64,000 bases of DNA from Patescibacteria group bacterium (GTDB lineage Bacteria; Patescibacteriota; Dojkabacteria; GCA-002793355), in assembly GCA_016860985.1 (NCBI GenBank), contig BOKM01000001.1, positions 984,040 to 1,048,039 of the forward strand, given 5' to 3'. The translations under genes were made by a program, and so were the position numbers. Shown one piece after another: positions 38,823-49,421 of this stretch. Each line of letters starts with the position of its first letter. Positions within the stretch are counted from its first letter, which is position 1. Below the pieces are notes generated by a model. That model ran no database searches. It was not told the DNA's origin and saw only the letters and a list, made by a program, of their open reading frames with translations.

Positions 38823-40502
38823 TTAGCGATTTATTGACGATATTAGTTCATAATCTCCCTTGTCCATTTCCCATCCAACTGATTGCGTATTTTCACGTAC
38901 ATGGGTTCCGTTTGTGGATTTAATAAGTGCCAAGGTGCGGGGAAAATGTGTGACCCAGTTAATTGCAACTTGGGTCGGTGTCTTCTGATATTTTTTTGCG
39001 AGAATTTGTAGGACGCTCTCTTTATCAGAATTGAAGAAGGAATCAACCATCATCCCCCCTTTTCGTATGGTGAAATATGAAATTGTAGTCATATTTTTTT
39101 CTCGCATAAATTCGAGTGTTCCATCCTGCTCGTAATCTCGAATAAAAACTCCATATGGAATTTCATTAGAGTGTAGTGGATATTTAGTGAACTTTTGTGC
39201 TTCTATAAGATCTAACTTGGTATAATTGCTTACTCCGATATGCTTTATTTTTCCAGTTTTTACCAATCGCTCCATTTCTTGAAATACGTCGTGTGCTCTT
39301 AACTTTCCAAGTGTTTTTTTGCTGTGAATTTGAAATTGATCGATGTAATCAGTTTTCAAAATTGAAAGGTAACGATTGCATTGTTCTTCGATTTCAGAGA
39401 GTGAATGGAGCGGTTGATTATTGTTTGGCCGGGTGAGTTTTGCGTTGATGAACAAATCGGTTCTTGGAATGTTCGTTATGGCCTTAGATACAAGTTCAAC
39501 CGTATGACCACTTCCGTACATAAGGCACGTATCGATATAGTTACTTCCTGTTGAAAGTGAATGACGGAGTTGGTCGATGTCACTAATATCATCCATAAAG
39601 GAGTGTGGGCCATGCCAATGTCCACCAATCTCAGACGTTCCGATTCCAAGTAAAGGAAGTTCTACACCTGCGTTTGTAGTGAAAGTTGGGAGTGGACTTG
39701 TTTTGTATGAAATCACGCTTCGCTCGAAAATAAAATCAAAAAGTGATTTAAGAAAGTTCGCAACAATGTGATTTTTGATTGTTATGACGAGCATGTCATC
39801 TGGGTTCCCTTTTCTCTCAGTAAAAATAGCATAGTCATCAAATACAGAGAAGCTGACATCAGGCAGGATTTCTTGAGGGAATATCCGCGCTTCTTTCAGT
39901 TGTTCGGGGTCGGAGGTGTTGTAGTTTCGTTGCTTTGGGCCGAGTGCTGCAGTTGTCAGAAGCTTTGTGTGAACTTCTCTATCGACCAGGTCTTTGGTGA
40001 GTTGCTTCTGAAAATTCGCGTAGGAACCTCCTTCTGGATATTGTTCGTAGGCATAGATGCTGGCGTCGCTACTGACCTTTAAACGGAGGATTTTATCTTG
40101 ACAGGATCTCATTAAGCTCATTTTTCTATAATGGGCATGTATACCCTTCTCGAGCGTAATAGATGAGTCTGTTGGCTTATTCTGCGCTGTTTGTAAAAGC
40201 TCATGGACTACTCTTTCAAGTTGATATCCTTTTTCTTGGTATGAAACAAGTCTCGAGCGGTAAAGCTCTTTAAGCGCGTCCGGGTGGACTGCTTCGAAAT
40301 ACATTCTTGTCTTGACTTGCTTCTTTAGTACTAGGTGTAATTCCGTTAATTCTTCGAGAACTCGATACAGGGTAGCTCTGTTTATATTTAGTCTACGGTA
40401 CAATTGCCCTGCAGTGCCAGTACGTTCCAACAGTGAGGTATATACACGGATTTGGAAATCACTCAAATTGAGCGTGTCATTTAGAATTTGTTCTACGTTC
40501 AT
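38823..40502 (-). CDS. TrmB-like regulator fused to an aldo/keto reductase
   Basis: N-terminal HTH (VYTSLL...NRATLYRVLEEL); C-terminal LGIGT, IDT..MY, K, QIH, IGVSN. Confidence 0.8.
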   Translation of the reverse strand: MNVEQILNDTLNLSDFQIRVYTSLLERTGTAGQLYRRLNINRATLYRVLEELTELHLVLKKQVKTRMYFEAVHPDALKELYRSRLVSYQEKGYQLERVVHELLQTAQNKPTDSSITLEKGIHAHYRKMSLMRSCQDKILRLKVSSDASIYAYEQYPEGGSYANFQKQLTKDLVDREVHTKLLTTAALGPKQRNYNTSDPEQLKEARIFPQEILPDVSFSVFDDYAIFTERKGNPDDMLVITIKNHIVANFLKSLFDFIFERSVISYKTSPLPTFTTNAGVELPLLGIGTSEIGGHWHGPHSFMDDISDIDQLRHSLSTGSNYIDTCLMYGSGHTVELVSKAITNIPRTDLFINAKLTRPNNNQPLHSLSEIEEQCNRYLSILKTDYIDQFQIHSKKTLGKLRAHDVFQEMERLVKTGKIKHIGVSNYTKLDLIEAQKFTKYPLHSNEIPYGVFIRDYEQDGTLEFMREKNMTTISYFTIRKGGMMVDSFFNSDKESVLQILAKKYQKTPTQVAINWVTHFPRTLALIKSTNGTHVRENTQSVGWEMDKGDYELISSINR

Positions 40503-40569
40503 GATACATTGTATCCTAATGCAACGAACATTCCAATATAATTTGTCGTCTTACGGTAGGAAGACAATA

Positions 40570-41244
40570 CTAGCACGAGCAGGTGATTTTTGCCTTTTCG
40601 CCGTTGTCAAACATGACAATACTTCCAAACAATCGTTCTCGCCCGTCTTGAAGTAATATTCCTGCTCCATCGGAAAGTGCATATAAAACTTTGTTGTTTT
40701 GATAAGTATATTGACGTAATTCTTCATCTACAGCTGTTGAGTTGTCGTAATGAGGAAAGATTTCATATTTCACAAGTCCTAGTGCTTGCAAGTCGCGTAA
40801 ATCAACATCATTGATGTCTGGATCGGTAGAAGGGTAACCTGCGAGCTCTATTGATGGTGTTGTAAGCATTGCACCTGCACTGAAGCCAATAAGTAAACCT
40901 CCACGAGTTACAAAATCTTGAAGAAGTTTGATTCCACCGTTCACTTTTAAAGCATGAAGAAAGCGGTACGTGTTCCCTCCGGTTATAAAGAGAACCGAAG
41001 ATTCTTTGCATATTTTAATGTCTTGAGCACTTATGGGTTCATCTATAATTATTGGACTAAAAGGAATAGCGGTATAAGCATTACAGTAGTTCTCAATCCA
41101 ATCTTGTGCGTATGCAATTTTTGCTTTTGGAACAGTCAGGAAAGGAATAATCTTGGGGTTGCGCTCACGAATCATCGTAAAAACAGCTTGATTCATCATG
41201 TGATTTTGCTCGGGAGTGCCACCGCTATAGAGCGCGAGATTCAT
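40570..41244 (-). CDS. Peptidase E (S51) family protein
   Basis: GGNT, GFSAGA and PHY motifs. Confidence 0.85.
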   Translation of the reverse strand: MNLALYSGGTPEQNHMMNQAVFTMIRERNPKIIPFLTVPKAKIAYAQDWIENYCNAYTAIPFSPIIIDEPISAQDIKICKESSVLFITGGNTYRFLHALKVNGGIKLLQDFVTRGGLLIGFSAGAMLTTPSIELAGYPSTDPDINDVDLRDLQALGLVKYEIFPHYDNSTAVDEELRQYTYQNNKVLYALSDGAGILLQDGRERLFGSIVMFDNGEKAKITCSC

Positions 41245-41283
41245 ATTTAATTATAGCAAATAAAAGGTCTTTTAATCCCCCTC

Positions 41284-41313
41284 TTGCAATCACCCCAAAA
41301 CTTGCTCTATACT
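41284..41313 (+). promoter_or_regulatory. Promoter of the major pilin gene
   Basis: TTGCAA-18 nt-TATACT. Confidence 0.55.
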
Positions 41314-41346
41314 GTGACAGGTAATAATTTAATAAAAACCTGTCCC

Positions 41347-41808
41347 ATGCAAAAAAAGGCGACACTTAAGGGTTTTACCCTTATCGAAATTTTAGTCGTC
41401 GTCGGTTTGATTGCCATCCTCGCTGCAATCACAATCGTCGCGATCAACCCAGCAAAGAACTTTGCTGACACCCGAAACACGCAGCGAAGTGCTGATGTTC
41501 AACAGATCTTGAACGCAGTATGGCAATATGCATCAGAACAGGGCAATGCCTTAGCTGACTTTGGTACTATTCCTCTATGTACTGCAACTCCAGCACCAAT
41601 TAGTGCTGTAACCACTGGAACTCCTCCAGCAGGAACCATTAACCTTTACACTCTTTTGGTTGATACCTACATCGCAGATATTCCAAAAGATCCAAATGGT
41701 GGAACTGACGCAGATACAGGTTATACAATCTGCCAGACCTCAGGTGGACGTGTTCAAGTTGCTGCACCAGATGCAGAGAACGGCAAGTCAATCGTAGTTA
41801 AGAAATAG
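41347..41808 (+). CDS. Type IV pilin (probable major pilin)
   Basis: KGFTLIEILVVV N-methylation motif; IPKDP; own promoter and terminator. Confidence 0.9.
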   Translation: MQKKATLKGFTLIEILVVVGLIAILAAITIVAINPAKNFADTRNTQRSADVQQILNAVWQYASEQGNALADFGTIPLCTATPAPISAVTTGTPPAGTINLYTLLVDTYIADIPKDPNGGTDADTGYTICQTSGGRVQVAAPDAENGKSIVVKK

Positions 41809-41829
41809 TCTTAACTGACAGGTTTGCGT

Positions 41830-41856
41830 AAAGGGGAGCTTGGGCTCCCCTTTTTT
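41830..41856 (+). terminator. Rho-independent terminator
   Basis: AAGGGGAGC-TTGG-GCTCCCC-TTTTTT. Confidence 0.9.
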
Positions 41857-41928
41857 ATGACGTTGTTAATGCGATTAAAATTACAGTAATCCTTCTTGAT
41901 GTGTGAGATTTGGTTTTAATTACTTACC

Positions 41929-43173
41929 CTACTCTCTAAAAGGAATATGCTTTGGAGTAATTCTATGCACGATCATCCCGAGAATTGCTGCTGAAATGCC
42001 AATGTAGGTAAAGAGTATTGGGGAGTTTAGGAGTGAAAGAAGAGTTCCTCCAATGATCGGTCCAATAATATAACCAAAATTTGTAGCCATGTCCCTCGTT
42101 CCGATGATTTCGTTATCATACGATTTCGATTCGTTCAGATAATCTGCATACGCACCACCGAGCGCCGCATATGCAATTGATATAAAGAATGCACTTATAA
42201 ACGAAACTATTATGTAGATTGGTACGGAAGTAACAAATCCTAAGACTGCGAGCACAAGGCTTCCTAGAATAAAGGCAAAGGTGCCAACTCTTTTCTTTCC
42301 GAACATGCGAGTTAATTTTGTGGTCATACCATAAGCAATAAACGAAGGAAGAAAGTTTACTGCAAGAATAACTCCACCAAGTTCTGACAATTGTGGAAGA
42401 ATAGTTTCAATAATTGGCGTGACCGTCCAAATTACGGCATCGATAGTTGATGCTGTAACTCCAAGTAATAAAAGTGGTGAAATCTTTTTTGCAACAAAAA
42501 TCAACTTAGCCATTGCACTAAGTTTTTCTAGATTAGAAGGTTTTTGCGTTGTACTCTCTCTCCTTTTGGCGCGTATTGCTGGCACGAGCATAATAAGGGC
42601 AAATCCTACAATACCAAGCAGTAAGTATCCAAGTTGAGAGTATGTCAGATGCCCGAATAATCTTTCCGCTGAGAGTGTTCCTACAATATAGCCGACATCA
42701 TGAAAAAACATCAAAATTGATACACTCGCAACATGAAAGATAACTTTGGACTCTCGTGCGGTAAAGTCTGCACTTGCAAACGCCCAAAGATTGTAATAAA
42801 GCCCCCATAATACCATACCAACAATGAAAGGAAGCACACCAGGTGCAAAGAACATACAAATAGGAAAGGCAGCAGCTACGAGGATGGTTGCAACAAAAAG
42901 TTTTTTATAATGAGTTGTACTCAGAAACCTTGTGAGTACAAAGTCAAATATAAGTCCGAATAAAGAGGAGGAGGCATATAGTAAACCCATGTTAAATTCC
43001 GACAGACCATATTCCGTCATGACAATAGGAACAAGGTACGACATTATCGAATCAAAAACTGATAACAAAAGTATCGCCAGTGCAACGTAAAAAACTAAGT
43101 GTATCCCAATATGATAGCCAGCTCTCAAAGAATCAAGTTTGTTTTTGAAGAAATTCATTTCATAAAATAGCAT
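41929..43173 (-). CDS. MFS transporter
   Basis: About 12 TMs; FGKKR loop; GYIIGPIIGG. Confidence 0.8.
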   Translation of the reverse strand: MLFYEMNFFKNKLDSLRAGYHIGIHLVFYVALAILLLSVFDSIMSYLVPIVMTEYGLSEFNMGLLYASSSLFGLIFDFVLTRFLSTTHYKKLFVATILVAAAFPICMFFAPGVLPFIVGMVLWGLYYNLWAFASADFTARESKVIFHVASVSILMFFHDVGYIVGTLSAERLFGHLTYSQLGYLLLGIVGFALIMLVPAIRAKRRESTTQKPSNLEKLSAMAKLIFVAKKISPLLLLGVTASTIDAVIWTVTPIIETILPQLSELGGVILAVNFLPSFIAYGMTTKLTRMFGKKRVGTFAFILGSLVLAVLGFVTSVPIYIIVSFISAFFISIAYAALGGAYADYLNESKSYDNEIIGTRDMATNFGYIIGPIIGGTLLSLLNSPILFTYIGISAAILGMIVHRITPKHIPFRE

Positions 43174-43234
43174 GTGTCCCGCACACTTTCCACCCTACTG
43201 CAAATTTCGGCTTCTCTTGCTATAATGAAAAAGA

Positions 43235-44530
43235 ATGAAACTGTCCCTTGATGCTAAAGCTCCGCCCGAAACTCCCAAAAAACCGGTGCAAACCGAAAAT
43301 GTAACGACTTCTGATGTTGGAAGTACCCCTTCATTATCAACACTTGATACTTCTGATATTGGCAAGTTGTTAGAAATCCTGATTGTAAAAGCATTCGAAG
43401 CAAAATCTTCTGATATTCATATTGAACCGACTGAAAAACGACTTGTCGTTCGTTATCGTGTAGACGGCATGCTCCGCGAGGCGTATTTCTTTGATAAGCT
43501 TATCGAAGAAGCTCTACTTTTCAAGATCAAAGTCGAAGCACAAATTAGAACGGACGAGCATTTTGCCCCACAAGACGGTAAAATTCGTTTTAATATTCAA
43601 GGTACGCCGGTGGACGCTCGTATTTCAATCGTTCCTACGACAAAAGGTGAAAAGGTGGTTATCCGTTTGCTTGCTCAGCAAGGTAAAGGACTTACACTGG
43701 AAGAGCTAGGTATTGTTGGGAGTGATTTAGAGAAGGTAAACAAGAGTTATACCAAACCATACGGAATGATTTTGGCTGTTGGCCCAACCGGGTCGGGAAA
43801 AACTACGACTCTTTATACCATTCTAAAGATCTTAAACCTTAGAGAGCGAAATATAACGACGATCGAAGATCCGGTTGAATATGATATTGACGGTGTTAAT
43901 CACATTCAGGTTAATGTAAAAGCAAACATGACCTTCGCGAGTGGTCTGCGTGCTATTTTGCGACAAGATCCAGATATTGTTATGGTTGGTGAAATTCGTG
44001 ATACAGAAACTGCGCGTATTGCAATCAATGCAGCAATGACTGGTCACCTTGTATTGTCTACTTTGCACACGAACGATTCAGTAACAACTATTCCACGTCT
44101 CGTTGATATGGGAATTGAGCAATACCTTGTTGCATCAACTGTCAATGTAATAATCGCTCAACGATTAACTCGACGTCTTTGCGAAAAATGTAAGCAACGG
44201 TATAAACTCTCCGCTGAGGAGCTTTCCCATGTAAAAAAAATCCGACCTGATATCGCAGGAGCCTTTAAGCCCGGAATGACACTTTATAAGAAGAATGGCT
44301 GCGACGTTTGTAGCGGAACTGGGTATAAAGGCCGAGTCGGTTTGTACGAAGTGCTCGAGCTCACAGAAAAATTACGACGAAATATTGCTGAAAAGGCAAC
44401 AGTAGATGAGATTTTCTCTTTGGCAAGAAAGCTCGGACTTACGTTGATTGTAGAAAGTGGTATTGAAAAGATTAAAACTGGATTAATCGACTTCGACGAA
44501 CTTATGCGAGTTACTACTATGCGCGAATAG
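43235..44530 (+). CDS. pilB: PilB/GspE family pilus assembly ATPase
   Basis: SDIHIEP, GPTGSGKTTT, EDPVEY, LRQDPD and two CxxC. Confidence 0.9.
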   Translation: MKLSLDAKAPPETPKKPVQTENVTTSDVGSTPSLSTLDTSDIGKLLEILIVKAFEAKSSDIHIEPTEKRLVVRYRVDGMLREAYFFDKLIEEALLFKIKVEAQIRTDEHFAPQDGKIRFNIQGTPVDARISIVPTTKGEKVVIRLLAQQGKGLTLEELGIVGSDLEKVNKSYTKPYGMILAVGPTGSGKTTTLYTILKILNLRERNITTIEDPVEYDIDGVNHIQVNVKANMTFASGLRAILRQDPDIVMVGEIRDTETARIAINAAMTGHLVLSTLHTNDSVTTIPRLVDMGIEQYLVASTVNVIIAQRLTRRLCEKCKQRYKLSAEELSHVKKIRPDIAGAFKPGMTLYKKNGCDVCSGTGYKGRVGLYEVLELTEKLRRNIAEKATVDEIFSLARKLGLTLIVESGIEKIKTGLIDFDELMRVTTMRE

Positions 44531-44574
44531 TCATTCACTTCCATTTTTGTGTGAGTTCAGGTACTATGTAGCGT

Positions 44575-45699
44575 ATGGCTGCCCCAAAGAAAAAAATAGC
44601 CAAAGTTGTGCACGAAGAAAACCCAATTTCTCGTCCTGAAGACTTCAAGTTAGGTCTTTTTGATAGGGTACCTGAGCTTAATATAGCGATGGCGATTCGC
44701 CATATGTCTGTAATGCTTCGGTCTGGAATCAGCTTGGCTAACACCGTCAATATCATGTCCGAGCAATCTGAGAACGCATTGTTGCGTAAGATTTTTGCTT
44801 CAATTTATAAAACCATTCAAAAGGGTGTTTCTCTTGCCGAATCCATGAAGCGTTATCCAAAGGTCTTTTCTTCTATTATTGTTTCCATTATTGAGGTCGG
44901 TGAACAAGGTGGTGGTTTAGATCAGAACTTACTGTTTTTGTCTGACTATCTAAAAAAGAAGCACGATTTGCAGAAAAAAATTAACGGTGCTCTTTTGTAC
45001 CCAATGATTGTGCTCTTTTTAACAGCAGTCGAAATGTCTGGAGTAATTTTCTTTGTATTGCCAAAGCTTGAAACTCTCTTTCTTACCTTTAAAAACATAC
45101 CAAAGTATACGGTTGTAATTATGCAGGCTACACGTTTTATTCGTCTTAATTGGTATTATTTGCTCGCTGGCGGGCTTGTGATTGCGTTACTACTCTACTT
45201 CTACTTTAAAACGCCCAAAGGGAAGGTTACCTTGAGTAAGATTTCGCTCTCTTTCCCAATATTAAACCAAGTGGTAAAGCTCCAAATTTTAACCTCTGTC
45301 GCAAGAACTATTGGTGTATTGATGTCAAACGGTATTCCTTTAGTAAGGGCAATTCGAATTACTGCAGAAACAACGTCAAACTCAGTATACAACAATATTT
45401 TGTCACAAGTCGCAACACAAGTGGAAAATGGTGTCTCGTTGGCAGCTGCGTTGGCTCTTCATAAAAAGTATTTTCCAGAAACCTTTATTAAGCTTATTGA
45501 ATTAGGAGAATCAAGCGGAACACTTGAAGAAAACCTACGGTATTTATATGGCTTCTACTCAGAAGATTTGCAAGAACTAACAAACAATATGGCCTCACTG
45601 ATTGAACCACTATTACTAATTCTTATTGGTGCGATGATTGGAATGCTTGCAATTATTATTGTTGGGCCAATTTACTCACTAACCTCTGCTATTAACTAA
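44575..45699 (+). CDS. pilC: PilC/GspF platform protein
   Basis: Duplicated GE..G.L and LYP/IEP motifs. Confidence 0.9.
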   Translation: MAAPKKKIAKVVHEENPISRPEDFKLGLFDRVPELNIAMAIRHMSVMLRSGISLANTVNIMSEQSENALLRKIFASIYKTIQKGVSLAESMKRYPKVFSSIIVSIIEVGEQGGGLDQNLLFLSDYLKKKHDLQKKINGALLYPMIVLFLTAVEMSGVIFFVLPKLETLFLTFKNIPKYTVVIMQATRFIRLNWYYLLAGGLVIALLLYFYFKTPKGKVTLSKISLSFPILNQVVKLQILTSVARTIGVLMSNGIPLVRAIRITAETTSNSVYNNILSQVATQVENGVSLAAALALHKKYFPETFIKLIELGESSGTLEENLRYLYGFYSEDLQELTNNMASLIEPLLLILIGAMIGMLAIIIVGPIYSLTSAIN

Positions 45700-46142
45700 T
45701 GAAAGCAGCCAGTTTGCTCGAAGTTCTAATCGTAATTGCAATTTTCTCGATGCTTGTCGTGCTGACGTTTCCTTTCTCTCTTCGACTAGTAAATCAATCA
45801 AAGGCAGATGCTGAATCAAAGACTCTTGCCTATGCATTGTTTAGACAGCAGCAGGATGCTTATGCTGGGTTGGAAGGTAAAGCGTATGGTGTTGCTCTCT
45901 ATAACGATCGTTTTGTTGTTTATACCGGAACGAGTCTCGCAACCGCTGAGTCAAACGAAACATACTATTTTGCTTCGCCAATTCATTTGCAGGGTCTTTC
46001 ACTTTCAAGCGGAAACGAGGTCACATTTTCTAGTAATTCTTTTCGTCCAAATGCGTTTGGTCATTTTTTAATTTCAGATTCAAATAAAAGTTACCGTATC
46101 GATATAAACTCTGAGGGATTGATTTCCTACTACGGGCAATGA
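45699..46142 (+). CDS. Minor pilin
   Basis: ASLLEVLIVIAI. Confidence 0.75.
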   Translation: MKAASLLEVLIVIAIFSMLVVLTFPFSLRLVNQSKADAESKTLAYALFRQQQDAYAGLEGKAYGVALYNDRFVVYTGTSLATAESNETYYFASPIHLQGLSLSSGNEVTFSSNSFRPNAFGHFLISDSNKSYRIDINSEGLISYYGQ

Positions 46143-48061
46143 AGCATATTCGACTTCCCGCATTCAGCCTCGCAGAGCTTTTACTGGGCATGGGATTGTT
46201 TGCCCTTTTGGTAACCTCTGTTGCCTCCTTTTCAATTGATTCTGTTAGAGCAACTCGTAATGCTGGAATGAAAGTAATTGCTGCACAAAAAATGCAAGAG
46301 ATGTCGAATGCCTTACTGCTAAACAAAGACAATGTATGGTCAAGTATCGTTTCTAATACAAATAATGGAGATCTTTCGCTTGTATTGCAAAATGGAAGTT
46401 ACGTGATTCAACAAGGAACCTCTTCTACTGATGGAATTTTGTTTCGTTTTACAATTGTTCCTGCAATGCGTGATAGTGAAGGAAACCTCGTTCAGAGCGG
46501 AGGTACAGAAGATTTGCATACACGCGCGATTCAGGTAATTTCTTCATGGACAGATTTTCTTGGCATTCCAAACCAAGCCACAGCTACTTTTTATATCAGT
46601 GATTGGAATGTGATTAAATTGCGTCAGTCTACACAAGCAGATTTTAATTCAGGAACTCGTGATAATACGGTTGTCACAAATGTAAGTGGAGGTGAAGTAA
46701 CAATGGAAACAGTTGTGTACGCTGATTGGTGCAAGCCCTCGCTCACTCAAAATATGTACGATTTGCCCGGCCAAGGCATTGCCAAAACGATTAGTGCGAG
46801 ACCCGGAAATGTGTACATGGGAACTGGTTCAAACTCTTCTGGAGTATCTTTTGCAAGAATGTCGTTTATTCCTTCAGAACCTCCGGTTGTTTCGACGTTG
46901 GGGATTTTTGATGGGTATAAAACGAATGCAGTTTACGGAGAAGGAAATTATGCCTACCTCGCGACACAAACGAATAGCAAAGAAATTGTTATATTGAATG
47001 TAGCAACAACTCCATATACTGAAATTGGATACTTTAATCCCTCGGTAAACTCTGAAGGGAAAGGGGTATTTGTTAATGGTAACGTGGGTATTATGGCAAC
47101 TACGACTCGATTATACACTTTTAATTTAAGTGCAAAAACAGGTGCCAGACCGGTCATCAGTTACAGAACTCTACGAGGCACAGTAACTGACCTTTTTGTT
47201 CGAGGGAATTACGCATATGTTACGCTCTCAAATTCTGATACCGAAATGGAGATTCTTGATATTACAAACCCTTCGTCCATCCAGAGTGTTGGTTGGTTTG
47301 ATTTAAACAATGCCGCTGCTACTTCGGTTTTTGTGAACGAGGCCAATACCCGCGCGTATGTTGGAACAAACGCTGTTTCAACCCAGCGAGAGTTTTTTAT
47401 CGTTGATATTGTTAATAAGGTAGGGAATCATACGTCAATTGGCTCTGTTGAAACGAATGGTATGTCAATTAAGGATATTGTTGTGCCGGAAAACTCTAAT
47501 AGGGCAATTGTTGTTGGAATAAATGGAACCGAACAATACCAAGTTGCCACGCTCGATAACGAAACGAACCCGCAATATTGTGGCGGACTTGCAGTTACCG
47601 GTGGAGTCAATGCGATTGCTGCTGTTACAGAATCTAATGGAAATGTATATTCACACGTAGTGACGACTAATGCGTCGAGTGAGTTGAGAACAATTAAGGG
47701 TGGGCCGGGTGGGGGTTCCTCATCTGGATATGGTTATTTACCTGCAGCTGAATTTACTTCTAGTGTACTCGATACTGGCTCGGCAACCACGCAGTATTAC
47801 ACGATTGATCCGGGAGTATCACTTCAGACTAATGCGACAATAAAGTTTCAAGTACGTTCCAGCGACGTTGCAACGATGACAGGCAGTAGTTGGATGGGGC
47901 CAGATGGAACCGCTGTAAGCTACTTTACCTCTCAAGATGCTGCGGTGCTGCCTTCTCTGCTTAATAGTAAGCGGTATTTACAGTACAAAGTTTTCTTCAC
48001 CTCAGAAGATGGAATACACACCTCGACTCTAAATGATATAGAATTTACCTATCAAAAATGA
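46139..48061 (+). CDS. Large pilin-like protein with LVIVD-type beta-propeller repeats (putative tip adhesin)
   Basis: FSLAELLL N-terminus; repeated GNYAY and EILDIT strands. Confidence 0.75.
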   Translation: MKHIRLPAFSLAELLLGMGLFALLVTSVASFSIDSVRATRNAGMKVIAAQKMQEMSNALLLNKDNVWSSIVSNTNNGDLSLVLQNGSYVIQQGTSSTDGILFRFTIVPAMRDSEGNLVQSGGTEDLHTRAIQVISSWTDFLGIPNQATATFYISDWNVIKLRQSTQADFNSGTRDNTVVTNVSGGEVTMETVVYADWCKPSLTQNMYDLPGQGIAKTISARPGNVYMGTGSNSSGVSFARMSFIPSEPPVVSTLGIFDGYKTNAVYGEGNYAYLATQTNSKEIVILNVATTPYTEIGYFNPSVNSEGKGVFVNGNVGIMATTTRLYTFNLSAKTGARPVISYRTLRGTVTDLFVRGNYAYVTLSNSDTEMEILDITNPSSIQSVGWFDLNNAAATSVFVNEANTRAYVGTNAVSTQREFFIVDIVNKVGNHTSIGSVETNGMSIKDIVVPENSNRAIVVGINGTEQYQVATLDNETNPQYCGGLAVTGGVNAIAAVTESNGNVYSHVVTTNASSELRTIKGGPGGGSSSGYGYLPAAEFTSSVLDTGSATTQYYTIDPGVSLQTNATIKFQVRSSDVATMTGSSWMGPDGTAVSYFTSQDAAVLPSLLNSKRYLQYKVFFTSEDGIHTSTLNDIEFTYQK

Positions 48062-48537
48062 AAACCGCTGCCTTTACACTTATCGAAACAATTCTCTATC
48101 TCGCACTCTTTAATGTTATCTTTTTTGTAGTTATTACTTGGGCAATTTCTTTAGCACAAAATAATCGCACGGCTGAGTATAAAAATGCTTTAGAGAAAAA
48201 TGCAATTTTTGTGACTTCTCATCTTAAAGACTCGTTTCAAGAAGCAAATTCTCTTGACTCTGCAAATTCGACCTACAACAGCGACAATGGCAAAGTTCGA
48301 GTATCAAAACTCGCTAGTTACAAGGAATACTATCTTCAGAATCAAGTATTGAAAGTAACGGATGGCGTAAACACTCACGATTTAACCGACCAGTTTGTAC
48401 ACGTGACAAAATTTAATGTTGTACCCATACAAAATGCATTGGGCACGGTAACAGGCGCTAACATTACAGTGCAATTCACGGCGGAAAAATTCCCACAATT
48501 AACTAAAGAGATAGAGAGTTATTATGCATTTCGGTAG
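48058..48537 (+). CDS. Minor pilin
   Basis: AFTLIETILYLALF. Confidence 0.75.
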   Translation: MKTAAFTLIETILYLALFNVIFFVVITWAISLAQNNRTAEYKNALEKNAIFVTSHLKDSFQEANSLDSANSTYNSDNGKVRVSKLASYKEYYLQNQVLKVTDGVNTHDLTDQFVHVTKFNVVPIQNALGTVTGANITVQFTAEKFPQLTKEIESYYAFR

Positions 48538-48916
48538 AAAAAGAGTAGATGGCAACGTTTCATTAACTACCGTTATTGTTGTCGGTGCTTTGCTCATTGT
48601 CTCTGGAATGGGGCTACTTGCGAATGCCATCGATGTCGCCATGAGTACAAAATCGTACTTCAATCAATCGCTTGCCGGTTTACGAGTAACGAGCTGTGTT
48701 GAAGAAGGTATGTACAAGATAACGAAAGATGTTGCATTTACAGGCACCGTAACGGTTAATTATAGCGATGGGAATTGTCTGGTTGTTATTTCGAATGTTG
48801 GCGGTAATACAAGTAAAAAACGACTACTGGTTACTGCAGTTGTAGGAGATTACACTGTTACTCGAGAAAAATTTGCAGATACAACAACGTCTCCAATGAT
48901 TTTACTTAACGAATAA
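48524..48916 (+). CDS. PilX-like minor pilin
   Basis: GNVSLTTVIVV hydrophobic segment; SCVEEG. Confidence 0.65.
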   Translation: MHFGRKRVDGNVSLTTVIVVGALLIVSGMGLLANAIDVAMSTKSYFNQSLAGLRVTSCVEEGMYKITKDVAFTGTVTVNYSDGNCLVVISNVGGNTSKKRLLVTAVVGDYTVTREKFADTTTSPMILLNE

Positions 48917-48920
48917 TAAA

Positions 48921-49421
48921 ATGAAAGCAAGTGTAAAGCAGACAATAATCAGAAATATCATATTTGGAGTGCAGGATAGTTTTGGCTCAACCGTCGGATT
49001 TCTTTCAGGTATTGCTGTAAGTGGGGTAACCAAAGAGACACTCCTTACCTCGGGCATAATTCTTGTGATTGTCGAAGCCTTTTCGATGGGGATTGGGAGC
49101 ATTATTTCAGACCACACTGTAGAAGAAGTCAAAACTAAGCGCTCTCTTCCATTAAAAGGATCTGCTTTTGGTGGAGTGTACATGTTTTTTGCCTATGTTA
49201 TCGCGGGAATGGTACCACTACTTCCCTATTACTTTATGTGGGGACCATACGCGATCCTCTGGTCTATTGGAATGACAACGTTCTTTGTTGGTTTACTTGG
49301 GTATATTAGCGGAAGAATGCTCGGTCTCTCGCCAATGCATCATACCAAAGAGATGCTTTTTGTTGGCCTAGTAGCAATTATTGCCGGCGTAACTGTTGGA
49401 AAATTACTACCCTCAGCCTAA
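48921..49421 (+). CDS. VIT1/CCC1 family Fe/Mn transporter
   Basis: IIFGVQD, AFSMGIG and PLLPY motifs. Confidence 0.85.
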   Translation: MKASVKQTIIRNIIFGVQDSFGSTVGFLSGIAVSGVTKETLLTSGIILVIVEAFSMGIGSIISDHTVEEVKTKRSLPLKGSAFGGVYMFFAYVIAGMVPLLPYYFMWGPYAILWSIGMTTFFVGLLGYISGRMLGLSPMHHTKEMLFVGLVAIIAGVTVGKLLPSA

